Shown here in pieces: positions 38,500 to 48,733 of a DNA stretch of 63,721 bases. The first letter of the stretch is position 1; every line of letters starts with the position of its first letter. This stretch comes from an uncultured Clostridia bacterium. Lineage in GTDB: Bacteria > Bacillota > Clostridia > Christensenellales > CAG-138. The stretch covers positions 1 through 63,721 of the forward strand of contig CAJOKM010000001.1 of NCBI GenBank assembly GCA_905235205.1, given 5' to 3'. The notes below the pieces were generated by a model. It made no database searches and had not been told where the DNA came from. It was given only the letters and a program-made list of their open reading frames with translations. Both the position numbers and the translations under genes were made by a program.

Positions 38500-39492
38500 A
38501 TGAAACGTAAAAAGACCGGTTTCAAACAAAAGCAGGTCAACGCGCTTGTTCGCAAACGGAAGATCATCGGTATCATTCTTGCGATCCTTCGGCACGTGTT
38601 CCTGATCGGGCTGTGCTATGTGGTACTCTATCCGGTGCTGTACATGATCAGCAACGCGTTCAAACCGATCTCACAGTACTACGATCCGTCGGTCGTGTGG
38701 ATTCCGCGCAGCCTGACGCTGGACAACTTCTTCATCGTGTTCAAGGTCATGGACGTGGGCAAGGTGTTCCTGAATACGCTTGTGATCGAGATCCTGCCGG
38801 CGTTCATCTCCACATTCATCGCGATGTTTGTGGGCTACGGGCTGGCGAGATTCCGCTTCCGCGGGCGCGGACTGATCCTTGCGTGCGTGATCCTCACCAT
38901 TATCGTTCCGCCGCAGACGATTTCTACCTCGCTTTATTCCAGCTACAGGTACTTTGATTTTCTCGGGATTCTGTCGCTGCTGCATCGGGTTTTCCCGTCG
39001 ATCGGGCCGATCAATCTGATCGGCACGCCGTGGGTGACGATTTTGCCTGCGATCTTCGGCGTCGGACTCAAAAACGGCATCTTTATCTTTATCTTCATGC
39101 AGTTTTTCACCGGGATTCCGAAGGAGCTGCAGGAAGCGGCCGCGATCGACGGCTGCGGACCGCTGCGTACATTTTTGAAAATCATCCTGCCGACGGCAAA
39201 GAACATCATCATCGCGGTGCTGCTCCTTGCGGTTGTCTGGAACTGGAACGATTATTATACGCCCGCCATGTACATCCGCACCACAGACACGATGGCAACG
39301 GCAATGGCGTCGTTCCAGGCGAACCTTGAAAACCTGCACAATATGGGAACCGGATTGGAAAACATTCAAACGGCAAACACGCAGATTCAGGCGGCGGCGC
39401 TGATCGCGATCCTGCCGTTGGTGATCCTGTATGTGTTCCTGCAGAAACGTTTCTCGGAGGGCATCGAAGACTCCGGTTTAACAGGCATTTAA
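38500..39492 (+). CDS. Sugar ABC transporter permease (MalG-type), second system
   Basis: Internal ATG at 38500 with SD GAGGAGGGAG. EAA loop QEAAAIDGCGPLRTFLKIILP. Confidence 0.85.
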   Translation: MKRKKTGFKQKQVNALVRKRKIIGIILAILRHVFLIGLCYVVLYPVLYMISNAFKPISQYYDPSVVWIPRSLTLDNFFIVFKVMDVGKVFLNTLVIEILPAFISTFIAMFVGYGLARFRFRGRGLILACVILTIIVPPQTISTSLYSSYRYFDFLGILSLLHRVFPSIGPINLIGTPWVTILPAIFGVGLKNGIFIFIFMQFFTGIPKELQEAAAIDGCGPLRTFLKIILPTAKNIIIAVLLLAVVWNWNDYYTPAMYIRTTDTMATAMASFQANLENLHNMGTGLENIQTANTQIQAAALIAILPLVILYVFLQKRFSEGIEDSGLTGI

Positions 39493-39520
39493 CAGCATTT
39501 CTTTCAGGAGGGAAATCAAC

Positions 39521-40933
39521 ATGAAAAAAGCAGCTATCAAATTCGTCGGTATGGCGCTTGCACTTATCATGTGCCTTGCGCTCTTTGCGGCGTGCACGAG
39601 CGAACTGAACCAGGGCGGCTCCGATACGCCTTCGAATCCCGCGGGCAATGTCACGGATCCAACCGGCGGCAATCCCGCGACCGACGACGAGCCGCAGAAC
39701 GGCGAAGTTGCAGGTGAGATCGTAACCGGCGGCGGCGCCGAAGTCGGGTTCCTCGACAACGTCGAAGGCCTTCCGGAAACGCTTGAAAACCCGAACATCA
39801 CGATCGTGTACTGGTACAACCCGAAGCAGTACGCGGTCGACATCCGCAAGCAGGCGGATGTTTACGATCCGATCCTCGAAGCAATCCCGTACTATGAAGA
39901 AAAATACGGCGGCAAGGTCACGGTCATCTACTCCGCATGGGGCGACATGCTCGAAACCGTTACGTCGCTTCAGAACGCAGACGATGCTCCCGATCTCTTT
40001 GAGGTCTACGACGAAACACTGTACAGCGTGATCCTGTCCGGCGTCGCACAGAACCTTGACGCGTATACGACCGATCTCGATTACGGCTACTACAAGATCA
40101 ACCGGGAGACCTTCCAATGGAAGGGCAGCAACTACGCGATTCCGCTGAAGCCGTACGCGTTCTACATCATGTACAACAAAGATCTGTTTGACCTCGAAGG
40201 CCTTGACGATCCCGCAACGCTGTATCAGCAGGGCAAGTGGAACTGGACGACCTTCCGCGACGTCTGCAAGCGCCTTACCAAGACCACGGACGGCGAGCTT
40301 TCGCAGGTCGCATACGGTTCGTGGGAGGACACGATCCTTTCGTTCATGTACGCGAACGGGGGGTCGCTTCTCAACATCGATACCAAGACCGGCGAAGTCA
40401 GCTCGAACCTCGGTTCCGTAAAAACACAGAACACGATCAACTATCTCATCGAGCTCAAGGACTGCTTCATCTACGGCAACGATATGTGGGGTTGGTTTGA
40501 CAACGGCGCAATGGCGATGATCCGCGGCAAGGAATATCCGGTCGACGTTCCGTTTGATACCGGCATGGTACCGTTCCCGACCGGCGACGATTACGAGGGC
40601 AAGAACCTCGTCGTTTATCCGCAGGGCATGGCGGTTCCGACCGGCGCAAAGAACCCCGAGGGCGCGGTGGCGTTTATGCGGATCGTCAACGAACTGCAGC
40701 AGAACGTCGGCAACCAGAAGGAAGCAAACCGCATCGGGCAGGAAAACTACGACATGATCTATGCGGACGACGTGAACCTCGTCTATCAGTACGACAAAGG
40801 ACTGAACGATATCGCCACGATCATCGCTTCGATCGTAAACTACATCAACGACGGCGTTCCGGCGGCAACGATCAACGCGAACCTCGAAACGCAGATCCAG
40901 TCCGAGATCAATCTGATGTACAACGACAGATAA
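39521..40933 (+). CDS. ABC transporter substrate-binding lipoprotein, second system
   Basis: MKKAAIKFVGMALALIMCLALFAAC lipobox. Family-1 SBP-like body. Confidence 0.85.
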   Translation: MKKAAIKFVGMALALIMCLALFAACTSELNQGGSDTPSNPAGNVTDPTGGNPATDDEPQNGEVAGEIVTGGGAEVGFLDNVEGLPETLENPNITIVYWYNPKQYAVDIRKQADVYDPILEAIPYYEEKYGGKVTVIYSAWGDMLETVTSLQNADDAPDLFEVYDETLYSVILSGVAQNLDAYTTDLDYGYYKINRETFQWKGSNYAIPLKPYAFYIMYNKDLFDLEGLDDPATLYQQGKWNWTTFRDVCKRLTKTTDGELSQVAYGSWEDTILSFMYANGGSLLNIDTKTGEVSSNLGSVKTQNTINYLIELKDCFIYGNDMWGWFDNGAMAMIRGKEYPVDVPFDTGMVPFPTGDDYEGKNLVVYPQGMAVPTGAKNPEGAVAFMRIVNELQQNVGNQKEANRIGQENYDMIYADDVNLVYQYDKGLNDIATIIASIVNYINDGVPAATINANLETQIQSEINLMYNDR

Positions 40934-40951
40934 CGACCGCGAGGAAAACCT

Positions 40952-43129
40952 GTGGAAAGAGGCATATACTTTGACGGGTGGTATCATGACAATCACTGCT
41001 ACCACCCCGGTCTTCCTTTTCGCTCCATGCAGATGGTGGAGGATCTGGAACGCTACCGCGCAACGATCCTTGTGTGGTCGGTGATGGGTGGCGGTTCGAT
41101 TTCGCTGCCGTATCTCGAAAATGAAGCGTTCGGCGAACTGGATCCCAGGCTGCGTTTTTACGGCTTCATGAACGATTCCGAGTTCATCGCCGAATGCAAC
41201 AAACGCGGCATTCGCGCCATGGGCATCGTCTTTGAGGTGCAGGGCTGGGAATTTCCGGTTGAGGTCAGCGAAGACGGCAGACATATGAAGGCGTTCAACG
41301 TCATGCGGGAAGGTCCGTCCGACCGCGCGGCGCAGTATTACGGACTGAACGAGTTCTCATCCGGCAAGTTCGACGGGCTGTTTCGCACTTCCTTAAAGGA
41401 TTATTATCCGGAAGGCATCGTCAACAGCGACGGCGAACGCGTGACAATGCTTCAGGAAGAGGTCGCGGCGCGTACGTTCCGCGGCGAGCCCGTGCATGCC
41501 GGGTGGGTCGAGGTGAAGAATCATTCCAGAACCTGCTACCAGACCTGCCGCAACAACCCTGTGTGGCGTAATTATCTCAAAAAGATCATGGAACTGCAGA
41601 TCGATGCCGGCGTCATGGGCATTCAGCTCGACGAGGCGGAGCTTCCGATCACGTCGATGGGCGCGGGCGGCTGTTTCTGCAAGGACTGCGTCAAGCAGTT
41701 CCGCGCCTATCTTTTGGAAAAACGCGCAAACGGCACGCTGCCGAAGGGATACGAGTCGTTCGATCTCGACACGTTCGACATCGGGCAGTATCTGCGCGAC
41801 TGCAACGTCGGGCATCCCACGGAATCCTGGACGTACCGCGACGTTTATGAGTTTCAGATGCGCGCGGTCAAAAAGCATTTCACGGAGCTGGTCGACCATG
41901 CGCGCGCCTATGCAAAGGAGAAGTACGAGCGTGACATCTGGATGAGCGGGAATTTCTTCACCTGCATGCCTGTCTACTATCCGTTCGAGAATACCGTCGA
42001 TTGCGTGATCACCGAAATGGATCACACGCTGTTCCGTCAGCCGCATTGGTACCGCTACATCTCCGGCTTTTCGGGAAACAAGCCCGTCATCGTTGCGGAA
42101 AACCCGTACGGCGGCATCATTCCGCAGCTGCTCGATGAGCTGAATCACGGCAGGGGATACGACCTCTATCGGCTGCTGCTGCTGGAGGCGGCGGTTTACG
42201 GCTGCAACATGAGCGTGCCCTACGGCGGATGGATGGGCAATACGATCAAGACGGGATTCTGGCCGCCGCGCGATGTGACCGAGCAGGTACAGTCGTTCCT
42301 TGCGGATCACGACAGACTGTTCAGCAAAAACAGCGGCGCACAGATCATGGTTGCGTATTCGTTCCCGAGCAATTACTGGCGCGAGGTCACGAAAAAGGGC
42401 GGCGACCAGTTTACGGACGTCGATTCGATCCTGTTTTATCGTTCCGTCGAGGAGCAGAACGAACACGCGTCGCGCCTGCCTTTTTGGGAAGTCATTCAGC
42501 GCATGAGCGAGGAGCAGGCGGTCTATGACGTACGCATGTTCGGTGACGACGAGCTGCGCCCGGATCGCGTTTCGGCAAACGACTGGAAACAGTATAAGCT
42601 GATCGTTCTGCCCGAATGCACGGTGCTTACCGCGAACCAGCGCGAGGAGCTCGAACGTTATGCAAAGAATGGCGGCAAGGTGCTGCTGTTCGGCAGAACG
42701 GCGGAGGATCATCCCGAATGGGCTCTGCATATGGCGGCGATCCCCACCGTGACGTCCGTCGAAAACCCGGATTCGCTGCGCGACGCAATGCGCGCGTTTT
42801 CCGAAGCATTCCGCGAGGCGGTGAAAGGAGAGGAGCAGCTCTGTATCGAGACCGCGCGCAGGGAGGACAGCGCGTTTATCGGCGCGCATCTGCACACGGG
42901 CGAACAGACGAAAAGCCTGCAGATTCTGAACTACCGCTATGACAAAGAGACCGACCGCGTGCTGCCGATCGAACAGGTCACCATACGGCTCAGGGACGCA
43001 TCGGCAGCCGGAGCAAAGGCGATCGATCTGAACGGAGATCCCGTTCATGCCGACGTAAAGGCGGAGGACGGCGTTCTGACAGTGATGTTTCCGTCGCTGC
43101 CGCTGTACACGGCAATTGAACTATTCTGA
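40952..43129 (+). CDS. Cytoplasmic TIM-barrel glycoside-hydrolase-like protein, family unassigned (GH42-like Cys cluster)
   Basis: GTG start. No signal peptide. CYQTCRNNP...GGCFCKDC Cys cluster and alpha/beta pattern. 725 aa. Confidence 0.6.
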   Translation: MERGIYFDGWYHDNHCYHPGLPFRSMQMVEDLERYRATILVWSVMGGGSISLPYLENEAFGELDPRLRFYGFMNDSEFIAECNKRGIRAMGIVFEVQGWEFPVEVSEDGRHMKAFNVMREGPSDRAAQYYGLNEFSSGKFDGLFRTSLKDYYPEGIVNSDGERVTMLQEEVAARTFRGEPVHAGWVEVKNHSRTCYQTCRNNPVWRNYLKKIMELQIDAGVMGIQLDEAELPITSMGAGGCFCKDCVKQFRAYLLEKRANGTLPKGYESFDLDTFDIGQYLRDCNVGHPTESWTYRDVYEFQMRAVKKHFTELVDHARAYAKEKYERDIWMSGNFFTCMPVYYPFENTVDCVITEMDHTLFRQPHWYRYISGFSGNKPVIVAENPYGGIIPQLLDELNHGRGYDLYRLLLLEAAVYGCNMSVPYGGWMGNTIKTGFWPPRDVTEQVQSFLADHDRLFSKNSGAQIMVAYSFPSNYWREVTKKGGDQFTDVDSILFYRSVEEQNEHASRLPFWEVIQRMSEEQAVYDVRMFGDDELRPDRVSANDWKQYKLIVLPECTVLTANQREELERYAKNGGKVLLFGRTAEDHPEWALHMAAIPTVTSVENPDSLRDAMRAFSEAFREAVKGEEQLCIETARREDSAFIGAHLHTGEQTKSLQILNYRYDKETDRVLPIEQVTIRLRDASAAGAKAIDLNGDPVHADVKAEDGVLTVMFPSLPLYTAIELF

Positions 43130-43146
43130 AGAAAAGGAAACAGTTT

Positions 43147-46100
43147 ATGGAAGAAAACATTCTTGTCACCGGAGAACCGCTCAGCAGAGCAAAGTTCAAG
43201 AATCCGAGCGTGGAGTTCGGCATCATGCCGTTCTGGTTCTGGAACGGCGAAATGTCCTACGACGAGATCGCCTATCAGATTCGGGAATACAAAGCAAAGG
43301 GCTGCCCTGGCTTTTATATCCATGCGCGTTTCGGCGTGCGCGAAGAGCTTGGATATATGAACGAGGACTGGCTGGACCGGGTGAAGTTCACCATCGAAAC
43401 GGCGCAGGCGGAGGGGCTGCAGATCTGGATCTACGACGAGTACAACTGGCCGAGCGGGACCTGCGGACAGACGCTCATGAAGGACCATCCCGAAATGACG
43501 AACGTCTATCTCGAACTGGTCGAGGGAAATCTGCCGGGGCAGTTCTTTACGTTCATGGAAGGCACGGACTCGCGGTACAATGACCTTGAACAGTCCGAGC
43601 CGGTCTATGCCTGCGCAATCAAGCTTGCCGATCTCGAATCCGGCAACTATGAGATCGTCGATCTGATGCCCTCGCTGTCGTTCGACAAGGTTATCACGTG
43701 GGAAGCGCCGAAAGGACCGTGGAAGCTCTTTTATTTCATCGAGCGGAAGAGCACCTGGTATGCGGACGTGCTGAATCCCGAAACGACAAAGAAGTTTATC
43801 GAATACACGCACGACCGCTACAAGGCGTATCTCGAAGGCGACTTTGCAAAGCAGGTCAAGGGCTTCTTCACCGACGAGCCGGCAATGCATTATTTCGAGA
43901 CCGGACGCGACAACTTCATCGTTCCGTGGACGCACGGCATGTTCAAGATCTTCCGCGAGCACAACGGCTACGATCTCAAGAAAAATCTGCCGAAGCTGTT
44001 CTTCGACTGCGGCGGCGACACCGAACAGGTTCGCTACGATTTCTGGAGCACGCTGACCGATCAGTACGAAAAATCGTACTTCAAGCAGCTCGAAGACTGG
44101 TGCGCGGATCACGACGTGATCTCCACCGGACACCTGCTGTACGAGGAATCGCTCCGCATGCATGCACGCGTCGACGGCAATCTTTTCAAACATTTGCAGC
44201 ATTTCCATATGACGGGCGTCGATCACCTGTATCCGCGCATCGGAACGCGTGAAATGGAAAACGAGCACGTCGCTCTGAAGATCGCGTCGAGCGCGGCGCA
44301 TCAGAACGGCAGCGCGCGCCTTGTGTGCGAATCGATGGGCGGCTCGTATTGGGACTGCACCATGGAACGCATGAAATGGATCGGCGACTGGGAGTACGTG
44401 CTCGGCGTCAACCAGTTCATTCCGCATGGGTTCCACTATACCATCGAGGGCGAGCGCAAGCGCGACTGGCCCCCGTCCATGTTCTGTCAGTTTACGTGGT
44501 GGGAGCAGTACGGACAGTTCAACGAATACATGACGCGTCTCGGCTATACGCTGTCGGGCGGCGATCATGTGGCGAAGATCGCGGTGCTGTATCCGATGAA
44601 CTCGATCTGGGCGAACTATATGCCCAATCAGAGAACCAAGATCTCCGAATGCATCGAGCGCGAATTCAACTACATGGCGGACCGCATGCTGCGGCTGCAC
44701 ATCGACTATGACTACATCGACGAGGATGTTCTGAACAAGCGTACCGAGATCAGGGACGGTAAGCTCTGCATCGCGGGGGAGCGGTACGAAATGCTGCTTT
44801 TGCCGCCGTGCACGCATATCAAGGCGGACACGCTCAAAACGATGGAAGCTTTCGTCAATGCGGGCGGCAAGCTCGGCGGTGACGCGCTGCTGCCGTACAG
44901 GTGTGTCGAAGGCGAGGCAACTGATTTTGAAAAGCGCATCGAAGCGCTGTTCGGCGTCGATCCTGCGGCATTGCGCGAGGCGTTTCTTACAAAGGAAGAC
45001 TGCGCACAGCAGATGTGCGAGCGCAGCGTCGGCGACGGCAAAGTCGTATTTGTTTCCGGAGAGGGATTCAAGCGCAATCCGAATGAAGCGGAAGGACTCG
45101 GACTGCTTGATCGCATGCTTCGCGCGTGCGTCACGCCGGAAATCGAGATCGACAGCGAAGAGGTCTTTTATCTCCATCGCGTCAAGGACGGTATGGATCT
45201 GTTCTTCCTGATCAATCCCGTCAATGAGCCGGCGGACATCACGATCCGTTTCCTCGGCGAGCACACGCCGGAACTGTGGGATCTCGAAACCGGCGACATC
45301 CGCGTTGCGCCTGTATACGCGTTCGAAAGCGGCTATACGGCGCTGAAAACGCATCTGGAACCGTTCGGATCCGCCATGTTCTCGTTTGCGAAGAAGGTCG
45401 AACCGGCGCACATTTCGGCGTCGGACATCACGGTCGAATCGTTCGACCCCGAAACGCGTACCGCGAAGGGCTTTGCAAGGCTTCAGAAGAACGGCTCGAT
45501 CACCCTGACCGAAGAAAACGGCGTCGCGACGGAACGGCGCATCCTGGCGGCGCATCCCGAAGAGCCGATCGTGCTTTCCGGACCGTTTGCCTTTGCGGCG
45601 GACAAACCGAACAGCATCAATACCGACGCATGGAAGATGACCTATGCTTCGGAAAGCGACGACGTTAAAACGATCACAACCGGAAGGGCGGACATGTCCG
45701 GCTGGTTTGATATGCGCATGGGCGCATGGGAAATGCAGCTGCCCGTTGAGCGTGACGAGGAGACATATCCGGTTACGCTGTGGTACGTCACAAAGATCTG
45801 TGCGGCGTTCGTGCCGGATGATCTGAAGCTGATGATCGACGGGTTCAAGGGCAAGTGCCATACGCTGTACGTGAACGGCAGGGAAGTCACGGAAACGCCG
45901 GAACGCAGCTATCTGGATGCCGAGATCCGGACCGTTCCGATGAAGCCGTACTTTGTGATCGGCGAGAACACCGTTGCGGTGAAGCTTACGGTCACCAAAA
46001 AGAGCGACGGCATGACCGACCTTCTCAAGATCATCGGAAGCTTTGCGGTCGAGACGCGCGACGGCGTTGAAACGATCGTCGAGCCAAAAGCTGAACTTCC

Positions 46101-46440
46101 GCTCGGCGACTGGAACGCATACGGCTATCCGTACTATTCCGGCACGGGACTGTATACCGCAAAGGTCGTTCTTTCAAAGGAACAGCTTGAAAAGAAACTC
46201 CTTCTGCGCGCCGATATCGGACGCGACGTGCTGACCGTTTCGGTAAACGGCATCCCTGTCAGGACCTGCCTGTGGCGTCCGTATGAAGCCGATCTTACGC
46301 CGTACCTGCACGCAGGCGAAAACGAGATCACGCTCGGCGTCGTCAACACGCTGATGAACCTGCTCGAATCGACGCACAACCCATCCGGTCTGTTCGCAGC
46401 GGAGATCGTGCCGTTCGACCGCTACAGCGTGCAATTCTGA
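43147..46440 (+). CDS. Large cytoplasmic glycoside-hydrolase-like protein (PFWFWNG N-terminal motif; GH2-type sugar-binding-like C-terminus)
   Basis: GIMPFWFWNGEMSYDEIAYQIREYKAKGCPGFYIHARFG. The C-terminus ends LTVSVNGIPV...PYEADLTPYL..GENEITLGV. 1097 aa; family uncertain. Confidence 0.65.
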   Translation: MEENILVTGEPLSRAKFKNPSVEFGIMPFWFWNGEMSYDEIAYQIREYKAKGCPGFYIHARFGVREELGYMNEDWLDRVKFTIETAQAEGLQIWIYDEYNWPSGTCGQTLMKDHPEMTNVYLELVEGNLPGQFFTFMEGTDSRYNDLEQSEPVYACAIKLADLESGNYEIVDLMPSLSFDKVITWEAPKGPWKLFYFIERKSTWYADVLNPETTKKFIEYTHDRYKAYLEGDFAKQVKGFFTDEPAMHYFETGRDNFIVPWTHGMFKIFREHNGYDLKKNLPKLFFDCGGDTEQVRYDFWSTLTDQYEKSYFKQLEDWCADHDVISTGHLLYEESLRMHARVDGNLFKHLQHFHMTGVDHLYPRIGTREMENEHVALKIASSAAHQNGSARLVCESMGGSYWDCTMERMKWIGDWEYVLGVNQFIPHGFHYTIEGERKRDWPPSMFCQFTWWEQYGQFNEYMTRLGYTLSGGDHVAKIAVLYPMNSIWANYMPNQRTKISECIEREFNYMADRMLRLHIDYDYIDEDVLNKRTEIRDGKLCIAGERYEMLLLPPCTHIKADTLKTMEAFVNAGGKLGGDALLPYRCVEGEATDFEKRIEALFGVDPAALREAFLTKEDCAQQMCERSVGDGKVVFVSGEGFKRNPNEAEGLGLLDRMLRACVTPEIEIDSEEVFYLHRVKDGMDLFFLINPVNEPADITIRFLGEHTPELWDLETGDIRVAPVYAFESGYTALKTHLEPFGSAMFSFAKKVEPAHISASDITVESFDPETRTAKGFARLQKNGSITLTEENGVATERRILAAHPEEPIVLSGPFAFAADKPNSINTDAWKMTYASESDDVKTITTGRADMSGWFDMRMGAWEMQLPVERDEETYPVTLWYVTKICAAFVPDDLKLMIDGFKGKCHTLYVNGREVTETPERSYLDAEIRTVPMKPYFVIGENTVAVKLTVTKKSDGMTDLLKIIGSFAVETRDGVETIVEPKAELPLGDWNAYGYPYYSGTGLYTAKVVLSKEQLEKKLLLRADIGRDVLTVSVNGIPVRTCLWRPYEADLTPYLHAGENEITLGVVNTLMNLLESTHNPSGLFAAEIVPFDRYSVQF

Positions 46441-46445
46441 ATCGT

Positions 46446-47315
46446 ATGGAACACTATCGCATTCTGATCGATACCGACATCGGCGGCGACGTGGACGATG
46501 CGCTTGCGCTTGCCATGGCGCTGAACACGGAAAATGTCGAGATCGTCGGCATCACGAACGTATACCTTGCGAACGCATGGCGCGCGGGAGTTACAAAAGA
46601 ACTCCTGCGCGTGTACAGGCGCGAGGATATTCCGGTCTCAACCGGCGCGGAGAAGCCTCTGATCGGCTGGTGGGACGAGTCCCGCATTCCGAACAGTTCG
46701 CCGGATTACGGCGCGTATCGCGGCGAAAAACTGCCGCATGCATCGGATTTCATCATCAAAAAGGCAGAGGAGATCGACGATCTGATCCTGCTTGCGATCG
46801 GACCGCTGACGAACGTCGGCATCGCGCTTGCAAAAGCGCCGCATATCGCAAAGCGGCTGCGCATCTTCTTAATGGGCGGTCAGCTCAACAAGGCGCATCC
46901 GGAATGGAACATCTACTGTGACCCGGAAGCGGCGCGCATCGTCTTTGAAAGCGGTGCGGACATAACGATGGTGGGACGTGACGTCACCCTGCGCTGTCAG
47001 TTCACGCGCGAAGAGGTCGACGAGGTGAAAAACGCCGGCAATCCGCGTGCAGAACGTCTCGGACAGATGATGGAGCAGTTCATCACAAATTTCGGATACC
47101 TGCCGATCCTGCACGACCCGTTGGCGCTTGCCGCGCTGCTGTGGCCGGAGTTTCTGAAGCTCGAACACAAGCGGATCCTGATCGAAACGCGCGGTGCGCA
47201 TACGCGCGGCGTGACGGTCGACTGTGACTGGGGCGAAGGACAGGAAGTGCTGGCAGCAACGGATGTTGATGCCGAAGGCTTCAAACGGCGACTTATCGAG
47301 GTGTTGAAACGGTAA
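46446..47315 (+). CDS. Inosine/uridine-preferring nucleoside hydrolase family protein
   Basis: ILIDTDIGGDVDDALALAMAL (DxDxxxDD signature). Confidence 0.88.
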   Translation: MEHYRILIDTDIGGDVDDALALAMALNTENVEIVGITNVYLANAWRAGVTKELLRVYRREDIPVSTGAEKPLIGWWDESRIPNSSPDYGAYRGEKLPHASDFIIKKAEEIDDLILLAIGPLTNVGIALAKAPHIAKRLRIFLMGGQLNKAHPEWNIYCDPEAARIVFESGADITMVGRDVTLRCQFTREEVDEVKNAGNPRAERLGQMMEQFITNFGYLPILHDPLALAALLWPEFLKLEHKRILIETRGAHTRGVTVDCDWGEGQEVLAATDVDAEGFKRRLIEVLKR

Positions 47316-48733
47316 TGGCAAAGAAACTGGCTCTGATCGGCGGCGGCAGCGTCCGGACGTATTACTTCATCGAATCGCTTCTGAAGTTCTACCGCGAGAT
47401 GGACATCGGCGAAGTATCCGTGATGGACGTTGATGCGGAGAAGCTTGCGTACTTCGGCGGGATCGCAAAGCATCTCGTTACGCGGGCGAAGGAGGATCTG
47501 CGCGTCACGCTGACGGATGACGCAGAAACAGCGCTTTCGGATGCGGATTACGTTGTCACAACGGTGCGCGTCGGCGGCGACGCCGTGCGCACGCGGGACG
47601 AGCGCATCGCGCTTTCTTTGGGCGTCATCGGACAGGAAACGACGGGAGCGGGGGGATTTTCCTATGCGATCCGAACGATCCCGGTCATGCTGGACTATAT
47701 GCGCATGATTCGTGCATACGCAAAGCCGGACGCGACGGTATTCAACTTCACAAATCCGTCCGGATTGGTCACGCAGGCGCTTTACGATGCGGGCTATGAC
47801 AACATCATCGGCATCTGCGACAACGCGACCGGCATCAAAACGGACGTTGCGGGCGCGCTGGGCGTCAACGCAAGCGACGTTCTGGTCAAGGTATACGGAC
47901 TGAACCATCTTTCCTGGGCAAATCGCATCGAGATCGGCGGCGTCGACATTCTGCCGAAGCTGCTCGAAAACGATGCGTTCGTGCAGAATTTCCACCAGTT
48001 TCTGTACTTCGACCGCGATCTTGTGCGGCGGCTCGGCTGCATCCCGAACGGTTATCTGTACTACTACTATCACCGCGAGCGCGCGCTTGCAAATCTGCAG
48101 CGTGCGCCGGAAACACGCGGCGAGTTCATTCTGCGCAACAACACGGCAATGATGGAAGCGCTGCGTGCGCACAGCATCGAAACGGAGCCGGAAACCTGTC
48201 TTGGGATCTATCGCGATTATATGCATCGGCGCGAGAGCAGCTATATGTCGATCGAGCTCGGCGGCGAAACGCTGCATCCGGAACGCATCGATCCCAAATC
48301 GCTCGGCATCGACGAACTGCTCGGACAAAAGCCGGTCACGGAAATCTACGAAGGCTATGCGGGCGTTGTGTTCAATTACATCGACAGTCGCAAAAACAAC
48401 AAAAATATCGATCTTGCCGTCAGCGTTCCCAATTGCGGCGCGGTGCCCGGCATGGCGGATGACGACATTCTGGAGATCACCTGCCTTGTGGGCAGAGACG
48501 GCGCGCAGCCGATGCGCTTTGGTGACGCCGAGATTGACGAAACGAACCTTGCGCTGATGAAAACGATCAAGCGTTACGAAAAGCTGACCGTGGAAGCAGT
48601 GCGGACGCGGTCGAAAGCGGCCGCGCGGGAGGCACTGATGCAGCATCCGCTCGTCGGAGATTATGCGCTTGCAAAAGCGCTTGTCGAACAATACGCATCA
48701 TTGAATGCGCCGTGGATCGGAGAATGGAAATGA
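47315..48733 (+). CDS. Glycoside hydrolase family 4 (NAD+/Mn2+-dependent glycosidase)
   Basis: KLALIGGGSVRT Rossmann start. FNFTNPSGLVTQAL. ICDNATG. YGLNHLSW. Confidence 0.85.
   Translation: MAKKLALIGGGSVRTYYFIESLLKFYREMDIGEVSVMDVDAEKLAYFGGIAKHLVTRAKEDLRVTLTDDAETALSDADYVVTTVRVGGDAVRTRDERIALSLGVIGQETTGAGGFSYAIRTIPVMLDYMRMIRAYAKPDATVFNFTNPSGLVTQALYDAGYDNIIGICDNATGIKTDVAGALGVNASDVLVKVYGLNHLSWANRIEIGGVDILPKLLENDAFVQNFHQFLYFDRDLVRRLGCIPNGYLYYYYHRERALANLQRAPETRGEFILRNNTAMMEALRAHSIETEPETCLGIYRDYMHRRESSYMSIELGGETLHPERIDPKSLGIDELLGQKPVTEIYEGYAGVVFNYIDSRKNNKNIDLAVSVPNCGAVPGMADDDILEITCLVGRDGAQPMRFGDAEIDETNLALMKTIKRYEKLTVEAVRTRSKAAAREALMQHPLVGDYALAKALVEQYASLNAPWIGEWK

Noticed and set aside
34517-48691. 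Series of long minus-strand ORFs across the glycan locus (34517-35743, 35924-37132, 39209-41284, 41393-43048, 43045-45861, 46997-48691) and further ones at 52026-53867 and 59370-60677
   Set aside because: All are antisense shadows of well-supported plus-strand genes (permeases, SBP, GH-like, GH4, GH38, GRE) with Arg/His/Asp-rich low-complexity translations.
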